From positions 26,786,001 through 26,850,000 of the forward strand of contig NC_087252.1 of NCBI RefSeq assembly GCF_037042905.1: 64,000 bases of DNA. Reading direction: 5' to 3'. A program made the translations under genes and the position numbers. Source of the stretch: Lytechinus pictus (taxonomy: Eukaryota). How positions within the stretch are numbered: the first letter of the stretch is position 1; each line of letters starts with the position of its first letter. The notes beneath the pieces are model-generated. The model saw nothing but the letters and a program-made list of their open reading frames with translations. It was not told the origin of the DNA and did no database searches. Shown in pieces: positions 41,051-51,969 of the stretch.

Positions 41051-41492
41051 GTTCTGTAGGAGTAGTAATCAGGAAATAATTTTCTTGCGGTACACAACAA
41101 GGATTTGTTTGGTATTGAAACATGCTTACTAGTTTGCATGTTATTGAGGATTTCCGGACTAACATAATTTTGTAATGTTTACAGCACGAAAGATAAAGAG
41201 GGAAGATAGTAGATAATTGTGGATTTTTTCCTTGTAATGGTAGCATGTTATTCCACTACAGCGTTTTTTGTTTCTATAATTTGATTTAAAATAATACATT
41301 GCACCAATGGGGAAATAGATGTTTATAAATTTGGAAAAGATGGAAAAATTCTATTCAAATACTATATTCCTCTTATCATTTACATTGGATATTTCAGAAT
41401 GTCCCCAAGTGCTGAGCGACAATGGTTTATTAGAATTTGAAGTAAAAAATTTGCAATAAAGTAGTGCAATAAAATACTGTTGATAATTTCAG

Positions 41493-41840
41493 TACCCGAT
41501 GAAGGAGATGTTGAACCAATCAAGAAGGAATGCTGCAAGAGAGTTGGAGCTAATGGGGGCAAACTTCAGCTAGAATCCTTTGGGATTGAACTTGAGATAC
41601 CTCCTGGTGCAATCGACAGCAAAGAGCCACAGGAAATCTCTCTTCGTGTCCTGACCGATACTCCTAATCTTGGTGACACCAAAGAAGAGATGTCAGCCTG
41701 CTTTGGTGTACAGTGTCTAGCTCCTGATGACTTAGTCCTGAGATCACCGGTGACTTACACAATACCTCATTGCGCTGTTGCAACACAGTACTCTAGTTTA
41801 GAGGCAGTCCTATACACAGGAGAGGGAGAATATACATCGG
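41493..41840 (+). CDS. ZU5-domain exon
   Basis: VGANGGKLQL..GIELEIPPGAI...QC..P...L.SPVTYTIPHCA matches the ZU5 pattern of UNC5/ankyrin/PIDD; atttcag acceptor; CGG|GTAGGT donor. Confidence 0.88.
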
Positions 41841-41873
41841 GTAGGTGGGCTAAATATTTCACAACAGCCCTGA

Positions 41874-41920
41874 ATATATATATATATGTGTGTGTATGTG
41901 TGTGTGAGGGTGTGTGTGTG

Positions 41921-41952
<32 letters not shown>

Positions 41953-42162
41953 ACGAGAGAGGCGTGGATATATGTACCAATCGCTTTGATCATTGTTTAT
42001 AATATATGTGTGAAGAGTAGTGTGAAGAGTGACACAACACAACCCTAATTCAGAAGAATTTGCTATGACCCATGTCAGCAAATAAAAACTGAAGAAGGCC
42101 AGGGCCGAAAGCTTTACAACATAGTGTATACTTTGCTTCATCCTTGATTCTACTCTACTCTT

Positions 42163-42203
<41 letters not shown>
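41874..42203. repeat. (TA)n/(TG)n/(CA)n microsatellites
   Basis: Runs at 41874-41951 and 42163-42203. Confidence 0.9.
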
Positions 42204-42207
<4 letters not shown>

Positions 42208-42214
42208 ATAACTG

Positions 42215-42269
42215 TGGGGGCGGCGTGGTCTAGTGGTTACGACTCTTATATTTCAATAAGACGGACATG
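42215..42269 (+). mobile_element. 5' half (A box) of a tRNA-derived SINE
   Basis: GGCGTGGTCTAGTGGTT A box; joins 58341 onward to give ...GGACATGGGTTCGAATC. Confidence 0.8.
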
Positions 42270-44458
42270 CCCAGGTAACAATACAGCGTTGGACCAACGT
42301 TGGATCAACGTTGGGAAATTTTTTCCCAACGTTGCATCATCGATAGAAGTGCACGCGCATACATCGTCAGACCAACAACATTTCCAACGTCAGTTCAACG
42401 TTGTCCACCATCAATGCTCCAACGTTGGTATAATGTCGGCTGAGTCATTAATAACAGCGTTGCTGCAACGTTGATGGGCAACGTTGAAGCAGCGATGGAC
42501 GTGCACTTGCATACATCGTCAGTCCAACTATGTTTACAACGTTGGTTCAACGCTGTCCAGCAACAATGCTCCAACGTTGTCTGGCAACATTGCTCCAACA
42601 TTGTTACAACGTTGTCACAACGTTGCTCCAACATTGCTCCAACGTTATTCCAACGTATGGCAGTAATTAACAAAACATTAATTGGTTTCAAGGTGAAGTC
42701 CACCATTACAACTCTACACTCTAATCTTTATCATCATGTCTTATCCTATCCTAAAATCCTCCATCCTAATCCTATATCCTATTCCGATCATCCTACACCT
42801 ATCCACTGTATAATGTCATTGACTCCTATATATAGAGCAACTTTGCTATACTTGGCAGAATACAGTTAATATCATTTTCTACACTTAACCTTGAATATTT
42901 CACTTAGAATAATATGTTTTGATTATAAATGATATGGTAATGGAGCCACATACTTTTCTGAAACTTTTCATGGTGGAAATATTGAATAAACATAAATACT
43001 CTAATTATTATAGCAATATTACCTAAAATTTTTGTCATTTACTGATGTAATAAATATTCATGAGTGCATAATCATTATGTCCAGATGAGGCAGGTATGGC
43101 AGCGTTGGTCCAATGTTGGTCCAACGTTGGGTGACGTTGATCCAACGTTGGTCTAATGTTGGTCCAAGGTTGATGGAAAGTTGATTCAACTTTAGTCCAA
43201 TGTTAGTCCAACGTTGGCGTAAACGTTGATTCAATGTTTGTCTAATATCGGTTAAATGTTGTTGTAACGTTGATTCTTTGTTGGTCTAATTTTAAACAAA
43301 TCCAACGATGCGCCATCTCCATCAAACAGTTTTCAACACTGTGCCATCATCATCTGTAACCTGTTCATGATTCTATCAAAAAACATTACAACTATCATTA
43401 CAGCTATTCATTTCTTTTCATTCTTTCTGTTACAAGTCTCTTCACATAATTAAGAGGAATCAAGAGAATTACGTGTGATATTTATTGAGGCCTTTGTAGC
43501 ATTCAAACTTTTTTGACATCCTCTTTTTCTCAAACAAGACTAATACAAAAAAATACATATGCATATGTAATAAGAATTAAGATGTATTACATTTTCTTGC
43601 GAGTTGCAATCTCTGTTTCTGTCTACAATTGTTTAATGACTCGGTATGCAATGCCAATTGCAACGTCAGTAATCATCACAAAAACTCACATGTGTAATTG
43701 CAGTCTCTCAGTATTTACAAAATCTAAAAAGGAGGTCGCGTAACTTGGCTTCACTCAGAGTAACGTAGCTACCGCCTACTGTAACTAAAGAGTGCCTCTT
43801 TTTGATTAAGATAGAAGTCAACTGATATCTCAATATGCATGGCCATGGCCTAGTCTCGCTCGTGCCATAACTATTAAATGATATTTCAGCATCAAGTGTA
43901 GCATGCCTCACATAGCAACTACAGGTTTGACTGCAGTTGGAAAACACTCGGTCCAGGCTAGGCCAGGCAGGACCGACCAAGTCAATTCAAGGCAGGGTAT
44001 AATAAATAAGGCAGGAATGCCAGGTAGCAAGTCATTTTAAGTACGGTGTACGGTGTTGAGAGCGTGAAAGGGCTGCTGAACTGAGCTCCAACACCAAGCG
44101 TAATATTATTTTTCATTGAAATGTATTAAAACTCTAATGATTTGCTCTCATCTTAAATGTAAAAGATAATTTTACGGAGATGGTTCGTCGTGTTCGCCCC
44201 CTGTTCGTGAGCTACAGTTCATCAACACCAACACTGAACTTTAAATCACGATTCTCCCAATCCCTTGGGGGTCGGTGTTGCTGAATGGGGAAATTGCTTG
44301 TAGATCATCAACACCATGCAGCCACAGTGCAGTGTTGGGTTCAGCAGATGACAATCAACACCAGCCTTCAACACAAACTGCCGGAAATACACCGTATTTT
44401 CCGAGGTCAATCTCAACACCAGCCTGATTCAAGTACGGTGTTGTCACAACACCAACAC

Positions 44459-45062
44459 TAACCCAGGGAGCTCCGGCCCGCTCAGCGGGCCGGAGCCCAG
44501 GGGCTTACCGTGTAATTCACCATACCCACGGTAGTAGCGTGAAGTATGGTCTAAATAATTATCCGAATAAATAGTTAAAACAGAAATTAAGCACTTACCA
44601 CTATTATATGGATGAAGGTCTAACGAGTGGCAGCTTCCTGACATCGAGGCACAGACTGGAACCTCAAAATTCATAGCAAAATGGCCGTTCGAGACCGGTA
44701 CCGAGGGTGTAGGGCGCATGCGCGAATTTGACAAAGTCTATATGCGCTAGTACTATTAGCCTCGGTCTCAATCGGCCATTTTGTTTGTCTCAATCGGCCA
44801 TTTTGTTTTGAATTCTGAAAGAGGAGAGCTACCGCGACAGAACTTTTCGTTTTTTGAGGTTCCAGTCTGTGCCTCGATGTCAGGAAGCTGCCACTCGTTA
44901 GACCTTCATCCATATAATCGTGGTAAGTGCTTAATTTCTGTTTTAACTATTTATTCGGATAATTATTTAGACCATACTTCACGCTACTACCGTGGGTATG
45001 GTGAATTACACGGTAAGCCCCTGGGCTCCGGCCCGCTGCGCGGGCCGGAGCTCCCTGGGTTA
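44459..45062. mobile_element. 604-bp MITE with ~210-bp TIRs and 9-bp TSD (MULE- or Academ-like)
   Basis: TAACCCAGGGAG... / ...CTCCCTGGGTTA; arms near-identical; CACCAACAC at 44450-44458 and 45063-45071. Confidence 0.88.
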
Positions 45063-45804
45063 CACCAACACCAGATTTCAACACTGTACTTGAAAATCAT
45101 CCAATGACTGTTGCTGGATCGTCGAAGACTACGAAATAACAGAGGCTAGGAAAGCCGCTTTAAATTGGATAGTTAGGCAGGCTCACTACCGTGTATTATT
45201 CAATCTGTATAAACATAAGAAAACGAAGTGGATCATAAATATATGTCCAATGCTTTGACAAAAATAAATGTTTTCATAATATTCCCAAAATTGTCATCTC
45301 TTTTAAACAATAAGGAATATAAATCTAATTATCATTCATATCAGGTGTATAGAACGAATATATATAAACAAATATCCGAGTTTTCCTCGATAGAAAAACC
45401 AGTTTAAAATTTGTCCATTTTCTTTAACGTCTTGAAAAAGACTAACTTAAATACATGCATACATATTTGCAATAAATCAAAGTGAACTGCTTAGATATAT
45501 ACCTTTAAATCAACTTTGCGTTCCCACTTAGTAATTTCTATATTCTGAACAAAATTACCTTAAAAGGTAAACAGACAGCAAACTTGTCTGCTAACTTCAG
45601 CTTATATCCAAATAAGTCCGGTAAGAAATAAATTACCAAGGTGTTTCATTATTATTTATCCCAATTTTGACATTATCAGAAAAATCTAAAATATAGACCG
45701 AAAGCTTTCTTTAGCTAGCGGTTGCGCACTAAAATTGAATGTGCGAAAAACGGAACGAGTGACCCTGACATGACCTTGCAATTTAAAGCGGCTTTCCTAG
45801 CCTC

Positions 45805-48800
45805 TGTTATTTCGTAGTCTTCGACGATCCAACAATTCAATTTCTTGGGCGGCATTTCCCTGTCAACATCAAGTAAAATAAGATAATTTCATTTTCAAGC
45901 GTCCCTTCTCCCTGTTCTCTGCAAACTAAACAACGTGGCATCTGCGAAATGCATATTCATGAGCAGAATTACATTACTTACGAAAGCTTCAGGGTAGCAC
46001 CAAAGTGACAAATTAAACCTTGAAAATACATATAATAAAAATGTGAAAGAAAAAGACAAATTCATAATTTTAAGGTTTGTTCAGCAAACCATCCTCCCCC
46101 CGCCAACAGTAGCGGAAAAGAGCTAAAATTCTCCTGACTGAATGAATTCTGTAATTATTATTTTATTTTATTTTTGTTTACAGACCAGATGAAAAATATT
46201 CAAGTTTGCACCGACATAAAATTCAGGAGTATCAAAAGCAACTTTCTTTCAAAAAATTCAAATTTTGCACCGACATAAAATTCAGGAGTATCACAAGCAA
46301 CTTTCTTTCCTCAATGGCATTGAAAAACCAAAACACAATTTATGAACTCCATATTGTCTACTCCTCATACCCTTCTGCCGGATATATTACAACAATCTTC
46401 GAAATCGGCCGCTTATAATCAGTACCTTTAGATTGTACTTTAACTGTTCGAACTTTCCCATCAGTCCCAGGATACACTTGGATAACTTTACCCAATGTCC
46501 ACTTTCCTCGAACTGCATTAGGGTCAGAGAGTATAACCACGTCATCGATTCGGACGTTCCTTCTGTCACTGTTCCATTTTCGTCGTGGCACCAGTAGTGG
46601 AAAGACGTCACGCATCCAACTCTTCCAGTACGCGTCGACGATTCGCTGGACAAACTCAAAGCGATGTCTCGGGTTCTTCGTCTCTCTGAAGGGTCCTTGA
46701 GGGACTGCGCTCGAAGATCTTCCAAGCAAAAGATCGTTTGGACACAGATATGCTCCATCATCGGGATCATTCGGAGTTCTTCCGATAGGGCGCTGGTTGA
46801 CGAGATTTGCGACCTCTTGGAGACATGTATGCAACTCAAAGGGTGTGACCAGTTGATCCCCGACTGCTTTCTTCAAGGCGATCTTGCAACTTTTAACTAA
46901 CGCTTCAGCACATCCATTGTGATGCGGTGCAGATGGAGTGGTGAACTTCCATGTCGTTCCTCTCTCGGCGCAGAAGTCCTTTAACTCCTCATAGCTCCAA
47001 CCTCTCACCATCTCCCGTAACTCTCTTTCTGCCCCTACGAATTGTGTACCGTTGTCACTTAGCAGTAATGCAGGCTGACCCCGCACAGCAAAGAATCTTC
47101 GTAGTACCTGCATGAACTCCATGGATGAGCAATCAACGGCCACTTCAAGATGTACCGCTCTTGTATTCAGGCAGGTGAAGAGGACCCCATAGTGCTTGGC
47201 GGTCTTGTTCCTTCCAACTTTGACTGATATCGGTCCAAAATAGTCGACAGATGAGAAGTGAAACGGTGGTGTATATGGGGCAACTCTCTCATCTGGTAGA
47301 TCAGACATGACTTGTGACTCAACCTGATGCTCCATGCGTCGGCAAATCACACACCTATACTTTACAGTCTTAGCCAGTTTATGAATTTTCAGGATCCAGT
47401 ATTGACGTCGAACCTTCGCTGCAGTAGCTGCCACGCCTCCGTGTCCTAGCTGATGCATATGTCTCGTTATCAGCACTGATACCCAAGCTCCATGTGGCAG
47501 CAGAGCAGGGTGTTTGTGCTCATAAGAAATCAGAGCCTTGTCTAGTCGCCCTCCAACTCTGATAATTCCCTCGTTGTCTATAAAAGGGCTGAGAGTCTTG
47601 AATTCTCCATTCTGTACACGTTGATACAAGAAACTCTGGGCTTCCTTAATTAGAAAGTGTTCAGCTTTCTGCAACTGAGTTGTCGATAAGTTTCCATCTC
47701 CAAGATTGACATTAGACTTTGCCCGAAGTACAGCTTTGAGCTTGTCGATGAACTTTAAAACATAAGCCGTTACTCGGATCAGTTTTTTCCAGCTGGAGAA
47801 TCTCTTGACATCGATCACATCATTGTTCTTGACTGAGATATAATTAACCCTTCGTCGTTCTGCTTCAATCTCAGTCTCTGCTTCTGGAATAGCATTTTCT
47901 GACGGCCATTCCTCGTAAGATCTGTACAAGAACGCAGGTCCTTGTTTCCACCTTTCTGAGAGCTTCCTTACTGGCAGGCCCCTGGAGACGTCATCTGCTG
48001 GGTTCAGCTCTCCGGGAACATACTTCCATTGTGCAGGGTTGGTATAACTTTGGATTTCTCCAATCCTTGCTGCGACGAATGGCTTAAATCTCCTACCCTC
48101 ACTTCGAATCCAGGAGAGGGCAATCATGCTATCAGTCATGAAGATGATCTTTTCAGGCTTCAGACTCAGTTCTTTCATCACTGTTGTGTAGACTCTTGAA
48201 GCCATTACTGCCGCCTGAAGTACAAGTCTAGGCACAGTCATCTTTTTCAGGGGAGCAACTCGAGATTTGGCAACTACAAATCTAACAGCATATTTACCAT
48301 TTTCCAGCTTCCACTGCAAATACACACAGACTCCAAATGCTACCTCAGATGCATCAGCAAATATGCACAGTGAAGGGTGACCAACAGCCATTGGTGGAGT
48401 CAGGCATCTCTCATATTTGATATCATTCAAGTCCTGCATCTCTTTCATGAATGTCACCCACCACTCCTGTAGATCGGGAGGCAGAAGTTCATCCCAATCA
48501 TATCCTCTTTGCCACAACTGCTGCATTCCAATCTTTGCACGAACTAGAAAGGGGGCAGCAAATCCTATCGGATCAAATATTCGTGCAATTCTACTCAGAA
48601 TCTTCCTTTTGGTAAGTACACTCGATTCTTCTTTTCCATCATTAGGAAAACTGCTGACTGTGTCCTTCAGTTTGTAGAAGAACATATCTTGCTGGTTGTC
48701 CCATGCTATTCCCAGCACTTTGTCTTCCAAGGCGGCTTCGAGGATTTTTGTTTTACCTTCCTTCTTACTTTCTCCTCTCAAAGCTTCGTTGCTGGTCCAG

Positions 48801-51800
48801 CCTTTAACTTTAAAGCCACCTTCCAAAAGTACTTGATCAATTTCACTTGTCAGCTGCTCTGCTTCGCCTACATCTCTCACCGAGTCACATATGTCGTCCA
48901 TGTAGACACTCTCCTTCAGTACCTGTGCTGCTTTCGGATATCTAGCCTCTGCTGCTTCTGCTGTCATCCTGAGTGCCAACTGGGCCATAGCTGGTGCTGG
49001 CTTGTCGCCAAATGTAACAACTTTCATAATGTAAACATCTGGCTTTTTATCAGTCTCCATATCTCGCCACAGGTACCGATGTACATTCATATCTCTCTCA
49101 GGAATTGAGACCCTGTGATACATCTTAGAAATGTCACCACAAAATCCTACTTCATTCATCCGGAATCTCAGCAACACTCCAAGCAGATCATTGAGAAGAT
49201 CTGGACCCTTTAGCCAATAGTCATTTAAGCAATGACCCTGATATGATGAAGACGAATTGAAGACGATGCGTACAGGGGTACTTCTCTTCTCAGGCCGGAG
49301 AACAGCGTGGTGGGAAATGTAGTGAACAGGACCCTCGTACTGAGCTACTTCATTCTCTGTTAACTTTCGTGCAAATCCATTCTCTATCAGTTCCCTCATT
49401 TGTTTTCTATATGCATCTGCATGGTCTGGGTTTCGAGCTAGTCTTTTCTCAGTCGAACACAGTACCTTCTCTGCTTGTGCTCGATTGTTAGGAAGTAGGT
49501 TGGGATCCTTTCTCCATGGATAAGCAATCTCCCACTTGTTTCCAACCTTTCTACTAGACTCTCTGATAATCTGCTCCTCAACCTTCTCCTGCTTGCTCAA
49601 AGGGCTTGGCTCACAATGGCAGGAACTAGACTGCACCCCCATAGATTCTGAGCTCCAGAAATCGGTCAAGTCAATTGGGGATGTCAACTTCACATGCAGC
49701 ACATTCATCCTATCATTCCTTCTTTTGGGAGCACCAAAGATGACCCAGCCCAGTGGGGATTTTCGGGCTACTAACTGTCCCTTCTCTCTCGTTTCACCAA
49801 GATGCATCTTTGGGTAGTCAATACCTATGAGAAGATGAACTGACCCACTTCCTCTGCGTAGATCCTCAGACTTCAGATTAAACTGCTTGGAAATTTCATT
49901 CATCTTCACTTGTGCAATATTTTCACTGATACAGGGTAATGCCACTGCTGCTAAAGAATGAATGGCATTGGTAGAGAGGGACCTCACTTTTATCTGATAC
50001 TGTTTGGTTTCCATCTGCTCTTGCTCTCCACCAACCTTAGTGATTGTGATATTTATGTTGCTTCCCTTCAGATTCATCTCCTTAGCAACAGACATCTTGA
50101 TGAGGCTTACTTGAGCTCCAGAGTCTAAGAGCACATTTCCCTTACAGACTGCTCCTTGTTGCCCCAGGATCTCCGCTGTAACTACGGGTAACAGTGCCTC
50201 AGAGTTGCCCGCAAAGGCGACATCTACATTTCCACCTCGGACCTCTGTTGAAGCATGAAGGAGGGGGTGGTGGAAGTACTTGCATGGTTCTCCGGCAGTA
50301 GTTTCACTACATCGACGTTTCCGTTTACAGTTTGACATTCTGTGATCCTTACCAGCCTTCTTTAGACAGCTATAACAGGCATGATGATCCTTGAGTAGCT
50401 TCAGTCTCTCGGATTGTGACATGGCTAAAAACTTACGACACTGATCAAGCCAATGTGATGATGTTTCACAGAGCCAGCATTTGTGAAATAACCTCTGGAC
50501 TTTGTTTTCCTGGCTGGCTACTGTCTTCCCGACTAGATGTACACCACTTGACTTCGAATCACTTCGGACTGGGGCCGAAGCTCTCATCCTTGACTTCAGT
50601 TCAACTGTAAGCCATGTCAGAAACATTTCAAAGCTTGCCTTGCCACTTGCCTCTTGATGCCTAAACCACACCAGTCGGTCTTCCGGGCTTAGCTTCCTTT
50701 CCATTATGGCAAGCATATGGCTATTGTTCAAATTTCCTGGCTGGTTGATTTCCATGAGGGTATTGTAACTCCTCCGAACGAGATGCACAAACTCACAAAA
50801 TCTTTCATCTTCTCCGCTTTTGAGTGGTTTGACTTTTGAGATGTCATTGATTATAGCGTCGGCAACAAAGCGCTCATCTCCATATATCATGTCCAACTGT
50901 TCCCATGCTGCTTGGTAGTTATGCCCAATTCCTTTAATCAACTGCAAGGGTTTGCTCTGTAAACATGACCTCAGAATCATTAGGGCATCTCTATCCTCAT
51001 ACTGTCTGCCAACAGCATGTAAAAAATCTGCCTTGAAAATGCAGTAATCACGGATGTTGCCATCAAAGGTGGGAAGTTTAGGCCTTTCCATCCTATAAAC
51101 AGATCCTGACATTCTCCTTCCTGCTTCAGGAGGCTGATTTGTCTGTCTTGGTGACTGATCTTGCTGTTCATCTGCTGATAAAGTTGTTTCCATACTCTGA
51201 TGGCTTGTCGATGCTCTAAGATGATGCTCTTGGAGCTGCTGTGCTTCTCTGTGGCTCTCATTATCTTTGCAATAGTCTCTTTCAAGGATCTGCAGCTTCA
51301 AAAATGAATTGTGGCACTCTTCCATCCACAACTCTTCTCTTTCAAATTCCTCGTCATCCTCTAGCACTTCCGAATAACTGTCATGCTTATTTTGTAAATC
51401 CTCAAAAGCACCAGCATACTGTGCAAACGATTCCTGAACTTCTGGAACAGGTCGCTCTCCATCGATCAAGCTCTGAAGGGCCTTTCCAAACCTGGTCAAC
51501 TTGGCTTTTGCCCCTCTCCGCTGCAGGCGCAGATTCTTAACCTTCTCGGCTGACATATTTCTTAAAGACTTCTGATCCCTGATGTAAAGAGTCGTCAGAT
51601 CCAGACAGCAGACTACTTGTGGTGACCATCAGACCTCTTCCCAGATGAAAGAAATTGAATTTGGCATAACTACCAAGCAGCATGTTATTTCGTAGTCTTC
51701 GACGATCCAACAATTCAATTTCTTGGGCGGCATTTCCCAGTCAACATCAAGTAAAATAAGATAATTTCATTTTCAAGCGTCCCTTCTCCCTGTTCTCTGC

Positions 51801-51969
51801 AAACTAAACAACGTGGCATCTGCGAAATGCATATTCATGAGCAGAATTACATTACTTACGAAAGCTTCAGGGTAGCACCAAAGTGACAAATTAAACCTTG
51901 AAAATACATATAATAAAAATGTGAAAGAAAAAGACAAATTCATAATTTTAAGGTTTGTTCAGCAAACCA
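45805..51969 (-). mobile_element. Full-length BEL/Pao LTR retrotransposon
   Basis: 287-bp TG...CA LTRs at 45805-46091 and 51683-51969 (one mismatch seen); PPT GGCGGGGGGAGGA at 46092-46104; single intact polyprotein. Confidence 0.96.
46358..51556 (-). CDS. BEL/Pao Gag-Pol polyprotein (1732 aa)
   Basis: Gag (LPTFDG; three Cys/His knuckles ending HHPLLH), protease LLDSGA, RT YMDD, RNase H FADAS...NPAD, integrase HHCC and DDE (VDYFGP, SDNG, AEALV). The PR-RT-RH-IN order and motifs are typical of BEL. Confidence 0.96.
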   Translation of the reverse strand: MSAEKVKNLRLQRRGAKAKLTRFGKALQSLIDGERPVPEVQESFAQYAGAFEDLQNKHDSYSEVLEDDEEFEREELWMEECHNSFLKLQILERDYCKDNESHREAQQLQEHHLRASTSHQSMETTLSADEQQDQSPRQTNQPPEAGRRMSGSVYRMERPKLPTFDGNIRDYCIFKADFLHAVGRQYEDRDALMILRSCLQSKPLQLIKGIGHNYQAAWEQLDMIYGDERFVADAIINDISKVKPLKSGEDERFCEFVHLVRRSYNTLMEINQPGNLNNSHMLAIMERKLSPEDRLVWFRHQEASGKASFEMFLTWLTVELKSRMRASAPVRSDSKSSGVHLVGKTVASQENKVQRLFHKCWLCETSSHWLDQCRKFLAMSQSERLKLLKDHHACYSCLKKAGKDHRMSNCKRKRRCSETTAGEPCKYFHHPLLHASTEVRGGNVDVAFAGNSEALLPVVTAEILGQQGAVCKGNVLLDSGAQVSLIKMSVAKEMNLKGSNINITITKVGGEQEQMETKQYQIKVRSLSTNAIHSLAAVALPCISENIAQVKMNEISKQFNLKSEDLRRGSGSVHLLIGIDYPKMHLGETREKGQLVARKSPLGWVIFGAPKRRNDRMNVLHVKLTSPIDLTDFWSSESMGVQSSSCHCEPSPLSKQEKVEEQIIRESSRKVGNKWEIAYPWRKDPNLLPNNRAQAEKVLCSTEKRLARNPDHADAYRKQMRELIENGFARKLTENEVAQYEGPVHYISHHAVLRPEKRSTPVRIVFNSSSSYQGHCLNDYWLKGPDLLNDLLGVLLRFRMNEVGFCGDISKMYHRVSIPERDMNVHRYLWRDMETDKKPDVYIMKVVTFGDKPAPAMAQLALRMTAEAAEARYPKAAQVLKESVYMDDICDSVRDVGEAEQLTSEIDQVLLEGGFKVKGWTSNEALRGESKKEGKTKILEAALEDKVLGIAWDNQQDMFFYKLKDTVSSFPNDGKEESSVLTKRKILSRIARIFDPIGFAAPFLVRAKIGMQQLWQRGYDWDELLPPDLQEWWVTFMKEMQDLNDIKYERCLTPPMAVGHPSLCIFADASEVAFGVCVYLQWKLENGKYAVRFVVAKSRVAPLKKMTVPRLVLQAAVMASRVYTTVMKELSLKPEKIIFMTDSMIALSWIRSEGRRFKPFVAARIGEIQSYTNPAQWKYVPGELNPADDVSRGLPVRKLSERWKQGPAFLYRSYEEWPSENAIPEAETEIEAERRRVNYISVKNNDVIDVKRFSSWKKLIRVTAYVLKFIDKLKAVLRAKSNVNLGDGNLSTTQLQKAEHFLIKEAQSFLYQRVQNGEFKTLSPFIDNEGIIRVGGRLDKALISYEHKHPALLPHGAWVSVLITRHMHQLGHGGVAATAAKVRRQYWILKIHKLAKTVKYRCVICRRMEHQVESQVMSDLPDERVAPYTPPFHFSSVDYFGPISVKVGRNKTAKHYGVLFTCLNTRAVHLEVAVDCSSMEFMQVLRRFFAVRGQPALLLSDNGTQFVGAERELREMVRGWSYEELKDFCAERGTTWKFTTPSAPHHNGCAEALVKSCKIALKKAVGDQLVTPFELHTCLQEVANLVNQRPIGRTPNDPDDGAYLCPNDLLLGRSSSAVPQGPFRETKNPRHRFEFVQRIVDAYWKSWMRDVFPLLVPRRKWNSDRRNVRIDDVVILSDPNAVRGKWTLGKVIQVYPGTDGKVRTVKVQSKGTDYKRPISKIVVIYPAEGYEE

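Noticed and set aside
42215..42269. tRNA gene
   Set aside because: Only an A-box half; the B box is 16 kb away and followed by a SINE body.
43300..44450. Transposase of the 16-kb element
   Set aside because: Only short ORFs; no recognisable transposase motifs.
46092..46357. env-like gene in the BEL element
   Set aside because: Only ~265 bp between the stop codon and the LTR.
51663..51675. tRNA-iMet PBS (TGGTAG...)
   Set aside because: Only about 6 nt resemble the usual iMet PBS and they start 7 nt away from the LTR; not formally excluded without the host tRNA set.
51683..51969. Tf1-type self-priming from the LTR/transcript 5' end
   Set aside because: No complement of the PBS-position sequence was seen in the LTR; the complement is in gag.
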